Shown here one piece after another: positions 18,655 through 30,191 of a stretch of 64,000 bases of DNA (positions within the stretch are counted from its first letter, which is position 1; the number at the start of each line of letters is the position of its first letter). This stretch comes from Candidatus Heimdallarchaeota archaeon. GTDB lineage: Archaea > Asgardarchaeota > Heimdallarchaeia > Heimdallarchaeales > Kariarchaeaceae. Made by a program: the position numbers and the translations under genes. Under the pieces are notes generated by a model. The model worked only from the letters and a program-made list of their open reading frames with translations, was not told the origin of the DNA and ran no database searches. Location: positions 1 to 64,000 of the forward strand of contig WAKA01000232.1 in NCBI GenBank assembly GCA_015523565.1. The letters run 5' to 3'.

Positions 18655-19659
18655 GTGGGTTTTCATGGCAAACACTTCGATGACATCAATTTAGACAGCA
18701 CTCCACAAATGTCTTTTGGGGCTTTGGCCAACTATGTCTCCAGATGCGCATCAATTGCCATGAATTTGCATTATTCTCCATTGTTGCTACAAGGAATTCT
18801 AAATTTGGATCCACAACTCTGGAAATCTTACCCCCAAAAAGTCTTTGCTACAATCGGTATGTCTGCGACCTTTTTTGATGCTGCAAAACGTGGTATCCTT
18901 GTTCAACGGGAGTATCTCAATTACTTTGAAGTTGAACTTGGAATGCTTTATTCCCAAGCATATAAACAAGTTGGAGAATGGCAATCAGGGAATCCCAATC
19001 GTTTTATCAGGAACATTTTTCTGATGGTTCCTCTTTCTCTTGCGGCAGGTTATGAAATCTCAACCAGAGATAGTTTTAAATCTGGCATTAACATCAAAAT
19101 CATTCAACATGAAGCATCCCAATTCATAGCTGAATCCATTCCTGACGACGTAGTGGCAGTAGTTGAAATGCTTTTCACCCTCGGCGAAAATGATAAGGAC
19201 ATGGGTGTACTTGCAGATGCGAAAATTGTCCAGTCAATTGAAGACTTTGAAAAAAGTGAACTCTCGTTGCTTGACTTCTTTAAAATGTCTGGTATTCATA
19301 ACCTAGTCTATGAGGAACTCTCAAATAACTTTGAAATAATATTCAATACTGGCTTGCACAGCTTTGAGGAAGCATTTAATGAAACAAATGACATCGTCAC
19401 CTCAATCGGACACACTTACCTCTCGCTTTTAAGTGAGTATAAGGACAGCTATTTGATTGCCAATGGATTTGATGAAGCCGCGAGAAAGGCATTGTCCAGA
19501 GGGAAGGAAGTTATGGATATGGGAGGTCTTCTAACTGACGAAGGGAAAAAGGGGGCTCGTGATTTGATCAACTCAATGAAGGGTATCACTCCTCGATCCA
19601 TAGAGGCATTGACTAGTTCAGTTACTTTTCTGGCAGTGCTTGGTGGAATTCGTCCTTAG
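18655..19659 (+). CDS. CitG-like protein (triphosphoribosyl-dephospho-CoA synthase family, divergent)
   Basis: Overall pattern of archaeal CitG (LG-L---A, L-PL--AA, YL-LLS---DS-I, A--V---GG), but the KPG and NTN/GxxAD signatures are not recognisable. Confidence 0.6.
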   Translation: MGFHGKHFDDINLDSTPQMSFGALANYVSRCASIAMNLHYSPLLLQGILNLDPQLWKSYPQKVFATIGMSATFFDAAKRGILVQREYLNYFEVELGMLYSQAYKQVGEWQSGNPNRFIRNIFLMVPLSLAAGYEISTRDSFKSGINIKIIQHEASQFIAESIPDDVVAVVEMLFTLGENDKDMGVLADAKIVQSIEDFEKSELSLLDFFKMSGIHNLVYEELSNNFEIIFNTGLHSFEEAFNETNDIVTSIGHTYLSLLSEYKDSYLIANGFDEAARKALSRGKEVMDMGGLLTDEGKKGARDLINSMKGITPRSIEALTSSVTFLAVLGGIRP

Positions 19660-19696
19660 AATCGAATCAAATTTTGTGGTTACTGAAGATTTAATG

Positions 19697-19711
19697 GAAA
19701 AGCTTATATAG
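19697..19711 (+). promoter_or_regulatory. Putative BRE-TATA promoter of grpE-dnaK-dnaJ
   Basis: GAAAAGCTTATATAG about 60 nt upstream of grpE. Confidence 0.5.
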
Positions 19712-19770
19712 TATGCGAGGTATTATACATTTGATATAATACTTGGAGCATCATACTGTTCTTCGGATAT

Positions 19771-20595
19771 ATGGTGATCATTATGGCGGAAAACAAGCAA
19801 ACTTTAGAACAAAAGAATCCAAAAGACAAACCTCAAAACAGTGGGAATGGAAAAGAAAATTCTGAAATCACTGATACAAAAATCGCCAAAGAACAAAAGG
19901 AAGAGACTGGTATGAATACCAAAGAGGAAAAAGGGAATAAAACTCAGAAAGGTGAAAATAAAGACCTTAACGAGGAAAAAGAGGACAAAGATGAGGAAAA
20001 TAAAACTCAAAATGAGGAAAAAGAAGAAATGATGCAAATACCGAAGAAAAGATATGAAGAATTGGTTAATGCTGAGGCTGTTGCACTTGAAGAAGTTAAA
20101 CGTGCAAGGGCAGATAGCATAAATTTCAGAAGACGTGTTGAAAAAGAAAAAGAAGAATTTAAAAAATTTGCCTCAGCACAGGTTTTCAAGAAATTGATTC
20201 CTTTATTGGATGATATCAAAAGACTGATCGAGCATGGAAGGGATGAAATCCCTGAAGTGCATTTCCAATCAGTCTTGAATCTTGAGCAAAGGCTTGAATC
20301 AATATTCAAGCAAGAAGGTGTCAAGATCATTGAAATCAAGAAAAAAGAGACAAAATTCGATCCAAAATTCCACGATGCTGTATATGCACAACCAACTGAT
20401 GAAGTTGAGCCAAATGTCATATTGGAAGTGGTTTCCAACGGATTTTATAAGGATAACACTGTCTTAAGACCTGCAAAGGTTGTAATCTCAAAAGCTGTGG
20501 AAAAACAAAGCACTTCCGAGGAAAAGGAAGGGCAGGGTGTTTCCACTGACCAAGAAGGGCAGGATGATGCTTCAAGTATTGAAAACAAGAAATAA
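19771..20595 (+). CDS. grpE: GrpE nucleotide exchange factor
   Basis: [20 protein letters not shown] and [10 protein letters not shown]; long charged N- and C-terminal tails. Confidence 0.95.
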   Translation: MVIIMAENKQTLEQKNPKDKPQNSGNGKENSEITDTKIAKEQKEETGMNTKEEKGNKTQKGENKDLNEEKEDKDEENKTQNEEKEEMMQIPKKRYEELVNAEAVALEEVKRARADSINFRRRVEKEKEEFKKFASAQVFKKLIPLLDDIKRLIEHGRDEIPEVHFQSVLNLEQRLESIFKQEGVKIIEIKKKETKFDPKFHDAVYAQPTDEVEPNVILEVVSNGFYKDNTVLRPAKVVISKAVEKQSTSEEKEGQGVSTDQEGQDDASSIENKK

Positions 20596-20597
20596 AG

Positions 20598-22460
20598 GTG
20601 ATAGATATGGCAAAAGAAATAGTAATTGGTATTGATCTTGGAACAACTAACTCTGTAGCAGCTTATCTGGAAAATGGACAACCAAAAATTATTCCTTCCG
20701 CAGAAGGTGGAAATCTTACTCCATCTGTTGTTAGCTTTAACGAAGATGGAAGTGTGGTTGTCGGCATTTTGGCCAAAAGACAAGCTGTAGCAAATCCCGA
20801 AAACACCGTAATTGAATCAAAAAGGTGGATGGGTACTAACAAAAAATGGAAAATACATGGCAAGGAATACACACCACAAGAAATCGGTGCGTTTGTCCTT
20901 CAAAAAATCAAAAAGGATGCCGAGGAATACTTTGGCCAGCCAGTAAATAAGGCTGTAATAACTGTTCCTGCCTATTTCAGCGACAGCCAAAGGACGGCAA
21001 CAAGGGATGCGGGCCGCATTGCCGGTTTCGAGGTATTGCGACTCGTGGCTGAACCAACTGCTTCCGCATTGGCTTATGGACTTGAAAAAGATAAAAGCGA
21101 AACAATTCTTGTATATGACCTCGGTGGTGGAACCTTTGACGTTTCCGTTCTTGAGCTTGATGAAGGCATCTTTGAAGTGAAAGCAACATCAGGAAACAAC
21201 AAACTCGGTGGAAAGGATTTTGACCAAAGAATTGTTGACTGGCTGATTGAAGAGTTCAAAAAAGAAACTGGAATCGATCTCTCAAATGACAGGATAGCAT
21301 TGCAAAGGCTCAAGGACGCTGCAGAAGAGGCAAAAATTGCTCTTTCCACAGTGATGCAAACTACAATCAACTTGAACTATATAACTGCGGATGCAAGTGG
21401 TCCAAAACACCTTAACAAGACATTGACCCGTGCAAAATTTGAAGAACTCACCAAAGATCTTGTAGAGGCAACAAGAGGTCCGCTTTTACAGGCCGTTAAG
21501 GACGCTGGAAAAACAATGGACGATATTGCAAAAGTTATCTTGGTTGGTGGTTCAACAAGAATTCCCGCTGTACAGAAACTGGTGAAAGAAATCACTGGAA
21601 AGGACCCATACAAGGGGATTGATCCGGATCTTGTTGTTGCTGAAGGGGCGGCCGTTCAAGCAGGTGTCTTGACTGGTGAGGTTGAAGACGTACTTCTGTT
21701 GGATGTTACCCCATTAACATTGGGTGTTGAGACACTTGGTGGTGTAATGACCCCTATCATTGAAAGAAACACCACAATTCCTACAAGGAAATCACAAATA
21801 TTCAGCACTGCTTCAGATAACCAAACCAGTGTGGAAATCCATGTCTTGCAAGGTGAAAGACCAAGGGCTAAGGACAACATTTCACTTGGTAAATTCTCTC
21901 TTGTTGGCATTCCTCCAGCACCTCGTGGTGTTCCACAAATTGAAGTTACCTTTGACATAGACAGTAACGGTATTGTTCACGTTTCTGCTAAGGACAAGGC
22001 CACTGGCAAGGAACAGAAAATTACAATTGACCGTGCCCAGACTTCCCTGTCTGAAGAGGAAATCCAGCAAAAGATCAAAGAAGCAGAAATGCATGCCGAG
22101 GAGGACAGGAAATTCCGTGAGCTTGTCAAGGCGAAAAATGAACTCGAAGCCCTCACAATTGGTATCCGTAATGCATTGAGGGAGGCTGGTGACAAGTTGA
22201 CGGAAGATGAGAAGAAAGAGATCGAGGAAATGGTGAAGAAAGCTGACGATGCCTTGCAATCTGAAGATATGGATACTGTAGTGCAAGCAAAAGAAAGATT
22301 GACAAAGGACTTCGAAAAATATGCCGCTAAACTCTATGCTGGACAAGGCATCCCGAATCAAGGCAATTTTGGAGTGACTCCTGAAACCGCAAAATCTGAA
22401 GACAGCACTCCTTCAGACGACGGATATATTGATGTGGATTATGAAGTTGAAGACGAATAG
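20598..22460 (+). CDS. dnaK: DnaK / Hsp70
   Basis: [23 protein letters not shown] and VGGSTRIP; lacks the N-domain insert, as in archaeal/monoderm DnaK. Confidence 0.99.
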   Translation: MIDMAKEIVIGIDLGTTNSVAAYLENGQPKIIPSAEGGNLTPSVVSFNEDGSVVVGILAKRQAVANPENTVIESKRWMGTNKKWKIHGKEYTPQEIGAFVLQKIKKDAEEYFGQPVNKAVITVPAYFSDSQRTATRDAGRIAGFEVLRLVAEPTASALAYGLEKDKSETILVYDLGGGTFDVSVLELDEGIFEVKATSGNNKLGGKDFDQRIVDWLIEEFKKETGIDLSNDRIALQRLKDAAEEAKIALSTVMQTTINLNYITADASGPKHLNKTLTRAKFEELTKDLVEATRGPLLQAVKDAGKTMDDIAKVILVGGSTRIPAVQKLVKEITGKDPYKGIDPDLVVAEGAAVQAGVLTGEVEDVLLLDVTPLTLGVETLGGVMTPIIERNTTIPTRKSQIFSTASDNQTSVEIHVLQGERPRAKDNISLGKFSLVGIPPAPRGVPQIEVTFDIDSNGIVHVSAKDKATGKEQKITIDRAQTSLSEEEIQQKIKEAEMHAEEDRKFRELVKAKNELEALTIGIRNALREAGDKLTEDEKKEIEEMVKKADDALQSEDMDTVVQAKERLTKDFEKYAAKLYAGQGIPNQGNFGVTPETAKSEDSTPSDDGYIDVDYEVEDE

Positions 22461-22538
22461 GCATAAGAACTTTTAACTTCATCATGCTAGCATAATTAAT
22501 TAAAAAATACTTAATTTAATTATAAAGGACGGATTATT

Positions 22539-23669
22539 ATGGCTGATAAAGAAGATTATTATAAAATTTTGGGTGTTGATAGGAATGCAGACCAGGAAAC
22601 CATCAAGAAAGCGTACCGTAAAATGGCTATGAAATATCATCCTGATAAATATAAGGGTAGCAAAGAAGAGGCTGAAGAGAAATTCAAACAATTGAATGAG
22701 GCTTATTCCGTCCTTTCTGACCCTGAACAAAGACGGATTTACGATCAATTTGGACATGAGGGACTAGATCCCAGCCTTAGAAGAAATGTATACGAAACAG
22801 ACCCCTTCGATTTCATCTCATCAATTTTTGGTGACCTTTTTGGTGGTGGTTTTCGAAGAAGAGGTGGTTTTGATGACTTTGGCTTCCAAACTGGACGTCA
22901 AAGAGTCAGAAAAACAAAAGGAAAGGATGCTGTACTTGATCTCCATCTAAGCTACGAAGAAGTTTACTCTGGAACGTCCAAAAAGGTCAAACTCCCTTAC
23001 CACAAAGCATGCAATGTTTGCCATGGTTCTGGTGCAGAACCTGGAAGTGAAATGAGAACCTGTCCCCAATGTGGTGGTCATGGTGTCGTTGAGGAACGTA
23101 CTAGACAAGGTATGTTTGTCCATATTACAAGAAGCACTTGCAATAGATGCAAGGGTCAAGGGGTTATTCCTTCCAAAAAATGCAAAACCTGCGGTGGAAG
23201 GGGTCATCTGAATGAAAGGGAGGTCATCTCGGTAAAGATCCCTCCTGGCGTTGATGAAGGTGAATTAATCCGAGTTCAAGGAAAGGGATACCCTTCAGAC
23301 AGTGGTGGGGAACCTGGTGACCTCATCTTTCGGATCTCCCTGAAACCACACCCAATCTTCCAGAGAAATGGACTGGATACATATATGGAGTTAAGAGTTC
23401 CCTTTGATATCGTGGCTCTTGGTGGTGAAATTGACGTGCCCGTTATCGGGGGCAAGGACGAAAAGCGAACTGCAAAGCTCAATGTTCCTTCAGGAACACA
23501 AGTCGGAGATAAATTGAAACTCAAAGGCGTGGGTTTTGTTCGTAAAGTCAGGGGTAAAAACCATGTTGGGGATGGCTATTACATAATAACCATTGATGTA
23601 CCAAAGAAACTTTCAAGAGAAGAAAAGAAAGCTCTCTTGGAATACAGGCGTGCAAGAATGGCAAAATAA
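22539..23669 (+). CDS. dnaJ: DnaJ chaperone
   Basis: J domain with HPD, G/F-rich region and four CxxCxGxG repeats. Confidence 0.98.
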   Translation: MADKEDYYKILGVDRNADQETIKKAYRKMAMKYHPDKYKGSKEEAEEKFKQLNEAYSVLSDPEQRRIYDQFGHEGLDPSLRRNVYETDPFDFISSIFGDLFGGGFRRRGGFDDFGFQTGRQRVRKTKGKDAVLDLHLSYEEVYSGTSKKVKLPYHKACNVCHGSGAEPGSEMRTCPQCGGHGVVEERTRQGMFVHITRSTCNRCKGQGVIPSKKCKTCGGRGHLNEREVISVKIPPGVDEGELIRVQGKGYPSDSGGEPGDLIFRISLKPHPIFQRNGLDTYMELRVPFDIVALGGEIDVPVIGGKDEKRTAKLNVPSGTQVGDKLKLKGVGFVRKVRGKNHVGDGYYIITIDVPKKLSREEKKALLEYRRARMAK

Positions 23670-23675
23670 CTAAAA

Positions 23676-26603
23676 TCAAAGTAAATCCAATTGGTTTTTG
23701 AATTCCTTTTCAATCTCTGCATATTTGTCTTCATCCTTTTCATTTTCACCTAAATCATTTTTGTTCTGCTCAAGACTAGATTGATCTTTTTCCCCAAGTG
23801 ATTTTTCTTCAAGGTCGACTCCCGCCCGTTCCATTAGTTTATCAAAGTCTATGTCTGGCTTTTCTCCAGTCACTTCAACCAAGTTTGATAAAATCTCTGT
23901 GAGTATTAGGTCCAATTTTGTTAGACGTTCCTCTTTTTCAATTTCTTGCATTTTGTCAATAATCTTTCCTGATGCTTTGACAAGTAATGTGAGTGATTGG
24001 CTTGGGCTGATATTTCTCTGCACTGTATTTATTTCTTTTAAAATTCGAGCATAAATTGTTTCTAAAATTCGTCCTAGATGCATTTCCTCATTTTGTCTCC
24101 CTGCATTCTTAATTTCCTCAAGGTCTGCATCTAACGTTGAGAGCAAAGTATTCCAATGTATTTCAGACCTAACGAAAATATCTTCCAAGACGGGATAGAT
24201 TCCTCTTTTCAATGCTTCAATGTTTACTGAAATCTGATTGGAAATGTTTTCATGTTCCACCCGCAAATTCATATCAGATTTGGATAGTCGCTGTTTTATT
24301 GTCTCCATGATTCGGGAAAGTATTGTCACAATTTCAAAGGAAAGTGCCTCTATTTCTTGAACCCTGATTCCTTCAATCTTTTCTATGGAAGCAATGACTT
24401 GGTCTCTCAAGTTTATGAATTCTGACAATGGTTTATCCAGTTGCTTACTTAATTTTTCGAAAACTGACTGATTTCCCTCCTCTAATTTCCTGTTGATGGA
24501 TTTCCTATAATTTTCAATTGAATCGAAAATTCTCTCATTCATTTGGTTGAAATAATGCTCCATGCTTGAAAGCAATGATTCCTTCATTGCACTGAATTCT
24601 CCTGTCAATATCAGTCCAACATTTGCTTGGTTTTCTTCGAGCTTTACCAAGTTCTTTTTCGCCAAGGCTGTAGCTTTATCCAAAATTTCAATAAATATGT
24701 TTTCCAATTCTGAAATTCTTCTGGAAGCCTCTTTAAACATAGCTGGCAGTTTCATTGAATGAAAGTCATTGAAATCATAGGCCAATAGCCTTAATGACTT
24801 GTATATGTCTTCAAAACTTTCCGTAATCTGACTGATTGTTTCCGTCTCAAAACTATTTTTTGTCTCATTTAAGTCAGAAAGTGCCTTATTGGTCTTTTTG
24901 ACATAATCCTCCCTTTTTTCTTTTATTTTTTCAAAAGAGTCAGAATATGTTGTTGAAATCTCGATTTTTCCATTTTCCAATTGCTGGAATATCTTTTCAA
25001 ATGGGTCTGTCTGAATTTGTTTCTTCCTTTGATCCGATGTTTTCTTCATCTCAATTATTTCTTGTGAAAAATTTGTCAACATAGCCTCCTTAAATGATTT
25101 TATCTGCTCATTATTTTCTTCTATTGACAAAGAGCCTGCTGATTCCCTTGGTACTAACACAAAACGTTCCTGGATCTCATTGAATGCTTTGAGTAGGATT
25201 CCTGAAGTTGCATTGATAAGATTGTCTGTAATGCCTATTTCTTCCAATTCATGCTCTATTTCACTCTTAAAATTCAATAAGGCATCTTTTGTCAAATCCA
25301 GCTGGTTGTGGGCTGTGTTTTTGATTTTCTCAACGGAAAAAGAACTTGAATCTGCCATATCTGTCAAACTCGTTTTGAAAGACTCAATCAAATCTGTCTC
25401 TGTCTGAAGCATCAAGCTTACAATGTCCCGGAAACTGGTTTTTGTTTCTTCCTCTGTTTGCTGAATCCCTTCAATTCCTATTGCCAACTTCTTCTCTGTC
25501 TGCTCAATTGATTTCCTGAGCTCATTTTCCATTGAATTTAAATTCTGTAATATGTTCTGTTGAACTCCCTTACTGCTCTGGTTTAATGCATCCAATGCCT
25601 CAACAACATCTTTCAGAATTGCCTTGTTCAAATAAAAGACTGAACTGATTAGGTTCTCTATGCCTGAAATGGATTCTTTTTCTGTTAGCTCACTTACTTT
25701 TTTCAATTCCAAATTAATGCTTTCCAATGTCTTTTTTGTGTCCATAAAAAGTAAGTCAACAATTTGTTTAGTCTGTGAAGCAATTTCATCCAGGGAGGAA
25801 AATACAAGGGATCCGAGCAATTCATCTAAATTATTTATGAAATCTGTCTGGGAACGATTAAGCTTATTGATTTCCATTTTTATTAGTTCAATTCCTGTTG
25901 TCGATCTTGACTTGTAAGAGGAAAACTTGTCTTTAGTCACCAACAACTGGTTTGAGAGATTTTGAAGTACATCATCCAATATTTGTAGGGGATTGTTTGT
26001 CTGCCCTTGGGCCAAAATTGCAGGAATCTGAACCTTCAAATTGTCCAAACTCTCATTTATCTTTTCCAATGCATTCTCATAAGAGCTTTTGATTTCAATT
26101 AGCGACTCCTTTGCCAACTGATTGCTGAATTGGGAAATCATCTGGAACTTTCCCAAAAAATATTTTTCCGTATCTTCTGTATTTTCTAGTTCTGAAAGTT
26201 TTGATTTTATTTGATCAATCAATTTGTCGATGAAAATCCGTAAATTTCCGAACTGTGTCTTATATGTGCTGTCATAATCTCTGAAAATCTTCTCCATTAT
26301 GGAGAAAAACTCAGTTATCACTTCTATGTACTTTTTTAACTGTCTTTCACTATTTACCTCATTTAGGTCAAGAAATAAAATTTCCTCAACAATCCTTTGA
26401 ATTATCAACTCCAACGGGGGTGATTTGATTCTTTCGTTTTCTTTTTCAAAAACCTTCCAAGCTGTCAGCTTTGTGATGAGATCATTCGGGAAATACTCTT
26501 GAAGTTGGATTTCATCATATTCCTGCTTTACCGTATTGACTAGTTTTAGCCACTTTTCTAGGATATCTTGTTCCCTCAGCAATGAAATGTAATTTGAAGG
26601 CAT
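23676..26603 (-). CDS. Very long all-helical coiled-coil / apolipoprotein-like protein
   Basis: 975 aa, rich in E/K/L/I/S amphipathic helices, almost no Cys/Trp, no NTPase motif, no TM segment. Confidence 0.7.
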   Translation of the reverse strand: MPSNYISLLREQDILEKWLKLVNTVKQEYDEIQLQEYFPNDLITKLTAWKVFEKENERIKSPPLELIIQRIVEEILFLDLNEVNSERQLKKYIEVITEFFSIMEKIFRDYDSTYKTQFGNLRIFIDKLIDQIKSKLSELENTEDTEKYFLGKFQMISQFSNQLAKESLIEIKSSYENALEKINESLDNLKVQIPAILAQGQTNNPLQILDDVLQNLSNQLLVTKDKFSSYKSRSTTGIELIKMEINKLNRSQTDFINNLDELLGSLVFSSLDEIASQTKQIVDLLFMDTKKTLESINLELKKVSELTEKESISGIENLISSVFYLNKAILKDVVEALDALNQSSKGVQQNILQNLNSMENELRKSIEQTEKKLAIGIEGIQQTEEETKTSFRDIVSLMLQTETDLIESFKTSLTDMADSSSFSVEKIKNTAHNQLDLTKDALLNFKSEIEHELEEIGITDNLINATSGILLKAFNEIQERFVLVPRESAGSLSIEENNEQIKSFKEAMLTNFSQEIIEMKKTSDQRKKQIQTDPFEKIFQQLENGKIEISTTYSDSFEKIKEKREDYVKKTNKALSDLNETKNSFETETISQITESFEDIYKSLRLLAYDFNDFHSMKLPAMFKEASRRISELENIFIEILDKATALAKKNLVKLEENQANVGLILTGEFSAMKESLLSSMEHYFNQMNERIFDSIENYRKSINRKLEEGNQSVFEKLSKQLDKPLSEFINLRDQVIASIEKIEGIRVQEIEALSFEIVTILSRIMETIKQRLSKSDMNLRVEHENISNQISVNIEALKRGIYPVLEDIFVRSEIHWNTLLSTLDADLEEIKNAGRQNEEMHLGRILETIYARILKEINTVQRNISPSQSLTLLVKASGKIIDKMQEIEKEERLTKLDLILTEILSNLVEVTGEKPDIDFDKLMERAGVDLEEKSLGEKDQSSLEQNKNDLGENEKDEDKYAEIEKEFKNQLDLL

Positions 26604-26663
26604 TACAAAACAACAACAACATGAAAAATTAATTATATTTATGTTACACTACGTTGGTTTTGA

Positions 26664-27251
26664 TTATCCTTTTTTCTTCTTTTCCAAAAGGGTTTTTCCT
26701 ATTTTATAGAATGCCTCTTCTACATTTTCCCCTGTGAGCGCTGATGTTTCTATATAGTCAATGCAATTCAGTTCCTTTGCCTTTGCAATCCCTTCCTCTT
26801 CAGAGACCTCCCTCAAATCCTCAAGGTCATTCTTGTTTCCAACCAAAATGAATAGTGAATTAGGTGATTCACTTTTTGCCTCCTTGATCCAATTGGCAAC
26901 GTTTTCAAATGTCTGACGTCTTGTCAAGTCAAAAGTTACAAGTGCTCCCATTGCTCCCCTAAAGAACATACCCCGCATGGCTTTGAATCTATCTTGCCCT
27001 GCTATATCCCATAGACTAAAACAAACTTTTGTATCGTCTATTGTTTCATACCTGCTATACGGTTCCATGCCAATCGTCATAAGGTATGCCTTTTGGAACT
27101 TCCCGTGAACAAAACGTTGAACCAATGCGGTTTTACCTACTGCACCGTCACCCAAAAGCAAAATCTTGAATGTATATGAATAGTTTTGTGACATGTTTCT
27201 TTCCCTTGTAAATTCCTTAATGAATTTTGAGATTGGTATTCTATAAATCAA
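26664..27251 (-). CDS. Rab-like small GTPase; likely start MSQNY at 27194
   Basis: GDGAVGKT, TIG, WDIAGQ, GNKND and ETSA; polybasic C-terminus KKKKG, no CaaX/CC motif. Confidence 0.95.
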   Translation of the reverse strand: MIYRIPISKFIKEFTRERNMSQNYSYTFKILLLGDGAVGKTALVQRFVHGKFQKAYLMTIGMEPYSRYETIDDTKVCFSLWDIAGQDRFKAMRGMFFRGAMGALVTFDLTRRQTFENVANWIKEAKSESPNSLFILVGNKNDLEDLREVSEEEGIAKAKELNCIDYIETSALTGENVEEAFYKIGKTLLEKKKKG

Positions 27252-27298
27252 TCGATTACAAATTAAGTGTTGTCACAGTTGAATGCAATAATTTGACA

Positions 27299-29080
27299 TC
27301 ATGGATGAACCAAATGCCCTTTAATCTCTTGATTTTCTATATGAAGCCTTGCAAATCCTATTCTCTCCAAATGTACAATCTCATCTTGTGAAATTGACAA
27401 TAAATTGTGTTCACCTTTAAATCTGACTTTTTTAAGTGATTTCTTGTTGATTTTCCCCTTGCTTGGTTCCAAGAGATCTGGAACAATCAACAACCCTTCT
27501 TTGGCTGTCTGCGTTGGAACCCACTGTATCTTCGGAATTTTTGCAGTAATTTCCTGACTTTCTGCATAAGTGCAGATTCTTATTCCACTTTTTTCATCCA
27601 CTGACTTGACCGTAATATTATATAGGTCTTTCAAACGAATTGTGTTTCCTGGCTTGAAATATGACTTGTCTTGAAAGTCAATGTAGAATGAATCTTTTGT
27701 ATGGATTTTCCTGTAACCTTTTTTCTTATTTTCCGGAATGTAGGGAAGTTCCACTTCTCTCTTTGGGGCATTTTGCACATAAATTACAAATGGCTTCCTG
27801 ACAGCAAAGAAATGACGGCTTTTTGGTGTCAAATGTATTCTATTGAACTTGACTAGGTCACTCCATGCAATTGTTGTACTTCGAGGAGTCGTTCCTTTTT
27901 CCCTTATAAGATCCGTAATGACTTCTGGTTGTATCCCCCTTTTCTTCAATCCTTGGATTGTCACTAGGCGGATGTCATCCCACCCTGTTACAACGCCTGT
28001 TTCAACAAGCTCCCTAATGACCCGCCCTTTTGTCGGGCAGCCCACAATATTATACCGTCCATAACTGAAAAATGTAGGCTTCTTGCCGCCAAAGGCTTCA
28101 ATCAATAAACTTTGAAGCTCTTCCCGCATAGTCCCAAATTCACTGGATCGAATGATATGTGTCGTCCCAAGCTTAAAGTCCATATATGCACTTTCGTAGT
28201 CGTACAATGGCCATAGATAATAATATCTTTCATGAAGAGGGTGCTTGGCATGAAGGATTCTGAATAAAATTGGGTCACGCATGACACTGTTATTTGCCTT
28301 CATGTCTCCCCTGAGCCTGACAACTGCCATGTTTTCCTTTACCTTGCCTGCCACCATTTCTTCGAATTCCTTTAGGTTGACATCTGTTGACTTGTTCCTG
28401 CACTCACACTCAACTCCCTCATTCCTGTTTTTCTTGACTGTCTCATTGTCACAATTACAAATGTACAAAAGTTCTTTCCTGATAAGCTTCCGGGCTGATG
28501 TGTAAAATTCCTCCATGTGGTCTGAAGCCCTGTATTCATTGTCCCATTTGGCATTTGCCCATAAAAGTCCCTCTTTTATTGCCTCATAATATTCTGGCTT
28601 TACCTTTTTGGGATTTGTGTCATCAAATCTTAAATTGACAATTCCCTGATACTTGTCCGCATACATTCTATTTATCCGATAATTGATTGCATGCCCCAAA
28701 TGTGGATATTTGCTTGGATCTGGTGCATACCTCCCCACAAATTTTCCAATTTCCGCATTAGGCAATTCAACTAATTCACTCTTTGACTTTTCCGTCTCTG
28801 CTTTTTTCTGCTTCCTTATCTTCTCTTTCTCTTTCAACGCATTGGGGTCTATTTTTTGCAGTGTCTCCTCAATTTCCTCTCCTGATTTCGGAAATTCCGT
28901 GGAAATGATGTTTTCAATCAGTTCTTTCACTTTTTTTGCTTCTGCTCTCGCTTCTGGATGCTTTGCCATTACTTTTCCGATAACTGCCTTGGTGTTTGGC
29001 AATCCTCCGAATTCTTTTGCATTCAATAAGGCTTCAATATATGCGGTTTTTATTATTGGATTCTCTAAGTCTAAACTCAT
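27299..29080 (-). CDS. gltX: Glutamyl-tRNA synthetase (archaeal/eukaryotic type)
   Basis: RYAPDPS, HLGH (HIGH), RFDDTNP, MRDPILFR, HIIRSSEF, GWDDIRL and ERIGF. Confidence 0.93.
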   Translation of the reverse strand: MSLDLENPIIKTAYIEALLNAKEFGGLPNTKAVIGKVMAKHPEARAEAKKVKELIENIISTEFPKSGEEIEETLQKIDPNALKEKEKIRKQKKAETEKSKSELVELPNAEIGKFVGRYAPDPSKYPHLGHAINYRINRMYADKYQGIVNLRFDDTNPKKVKPEYYEAIKEGLLWANAKWDNEYRASDHMEEFYTSARKLIRKELLYICNCDNETVKKNRNEGVECECRNKSTDVNLKEFEEMVAGKVKENMAVVRLRGDMKANNSVMRDPILFRILHAKHPLHERYYYLWPLYDYESAYMDFKLGTTHIIRSSEFGTMREELQSLLIEAFGGKKPTFFSYGRYNIVGCPTKGRVIRELVETGVVTGWDDIRLVTIQGLKKRGIQPEVITDLIREKGTTPRSTTIAWSDLVKFNRIHLTPKSRHFFAVRKPFVIYVQNAPKREVELPYIPENKKKGYRKIHTKDSFYIDFQDKSYFKPGNTIRLKDLYNITVKSVDEKSGIRICTYAESQEITAKIPKIQWVPTQTAKEGLLIVPDLLEPSKGKINKKSLKKVRFKGEHNLLSISQDEIVHLERIGFARLHIENQEIKGHLVHP

Positions 29081-29147
29081 TTATACTAACCGAACCTTTT
29101 CTCAGCACTTAAATAAATTATGGATTATTTCAATCCAAAAATTAAGT

Positions 29148-29435
29148 TCAAAACTTTCTAAAGACAAAATGACTGTTTGCAAGAGGATTGTCCAATTTTC
29201 CTGCTTTCTGATTCGCGATGTCTTTCATGATTTTCAACTCAGTACAGAACGTTCCTCTTCTACAGCTTCCCTCACAATTATACTTCTGCTTTTCCGTGAA
29301 ATATGATAATCTGCACTCGTTCTGTTTCCCTTGGCAGACAACCCTAAATGAACCCCTGACATCATTGGTTGTCTCCAAACTTTTCCATCTTCTGAAAAAT
29401 GTGCTTGCGGATGGATGATGTGACATGGTTCCCAT
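29148..29435 (-). CDS. Small Cys-containing hypothetical protein
   Basis: Fills an intergenic gap; C-x3-C-x5-C cluster; a BRE-TATA-like GAAAGCTTATAATA lies upstream on the same strand (29497-29510). Confidence 0.5.
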   Translation of the reverse strand: MGTMSHHPSASTFFRRWKSLETTNDVRGSFRVVCQGKQNECRLSYFTEKQKYNCEGSCRRGTFCTELKIMKDIANQKAGKLDNPLANSHFVFRKF

Positions 29436-29567
29436 AAAAGTTAACTCGAATTAAATCAATAGGGAATACCTACATGTTATCATCCGAAAAATAGGGTATT
29501 ATAAGCTTTCTGGGTTAGAATCCCGTTAAGAACATTGGCTTGTATTATCTGCATATTATCTTGATGT

Positions 29568-30191
29568 CTATAGTCTGTTGTTCGCATATACTAACTGTAA
29601 AACTAATACAAATGAAGAAACAAACAAAATGACCTCCAATGATACAATAAACGAAAGCAATCCAAAATAGGCAAATGCACCACCCAATAACAACAAACCT
29701 ATTCTTGTTGAGTTTTCAAAATAAACAAATTTTGTATGGATTTGCAATGAGCCAAACTTCGCATTTACATATGATACCGCTAAAGTCACCACCAACAAGA
29801 CCAATATCAATAATTTAGGAAACAATTGATTGGCGTCATTGAAGCCAAATAAAATTCCAATTAAAATCAGGATTTCAGAAATGAAGGAGCTTGCAAGATC
29901 AATAAATTCAATTCGTTTTTCTGGGTTTTCCTTCACTATATATGTTGTAATCTGGTTAATGGCCAAATAGATGGACAAGAAGGAAAGAAAAAAACGCAAA
30001 TCTTCCAAATCAAATGTTAATGCACCAATTAGTGCACTTATGGCTTTCAACAATGACAACAAATGTGCAAATTTGGTGGATACAAAAAAAGTCTTTTCGT
30101 TGGTGTTTAAAGAGTCCACAATGGGCTTTGATTGGAAAATTATTAAATTATTTTGAAAAAACCATGTCTGATATTGAATAGAATCCATCAA
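29568..30191 (-). CDS. Membrane protein, degenerate CDP-alcohol phosphatidyltransferase-like
   Basis: About 6 TM helices; EFIDLASSFISE and VSYVNAK...ENSTR resemble the family, but the DxxDG catalytic motif is absent. Confidence 0.5.
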   Translation of the reverse strand: MMDSIQYQTWFFQNNLIIFQSKPIVDSLNTNEKTFFVSTKFAHLLSLLKAISALIGALTFDLEDLRFFLSFLSIYLAINQITTYIVKENPEKRIEFIDLASSFISEILILIGILFGFNDANQLFPKLLILVLLVVTLAVSYVNAKFGSLQIHTKFVYFENSTRIGLLLLGGAFAYFGLLSFIVSLEVILFVSSFVLVLQLVYANNRL

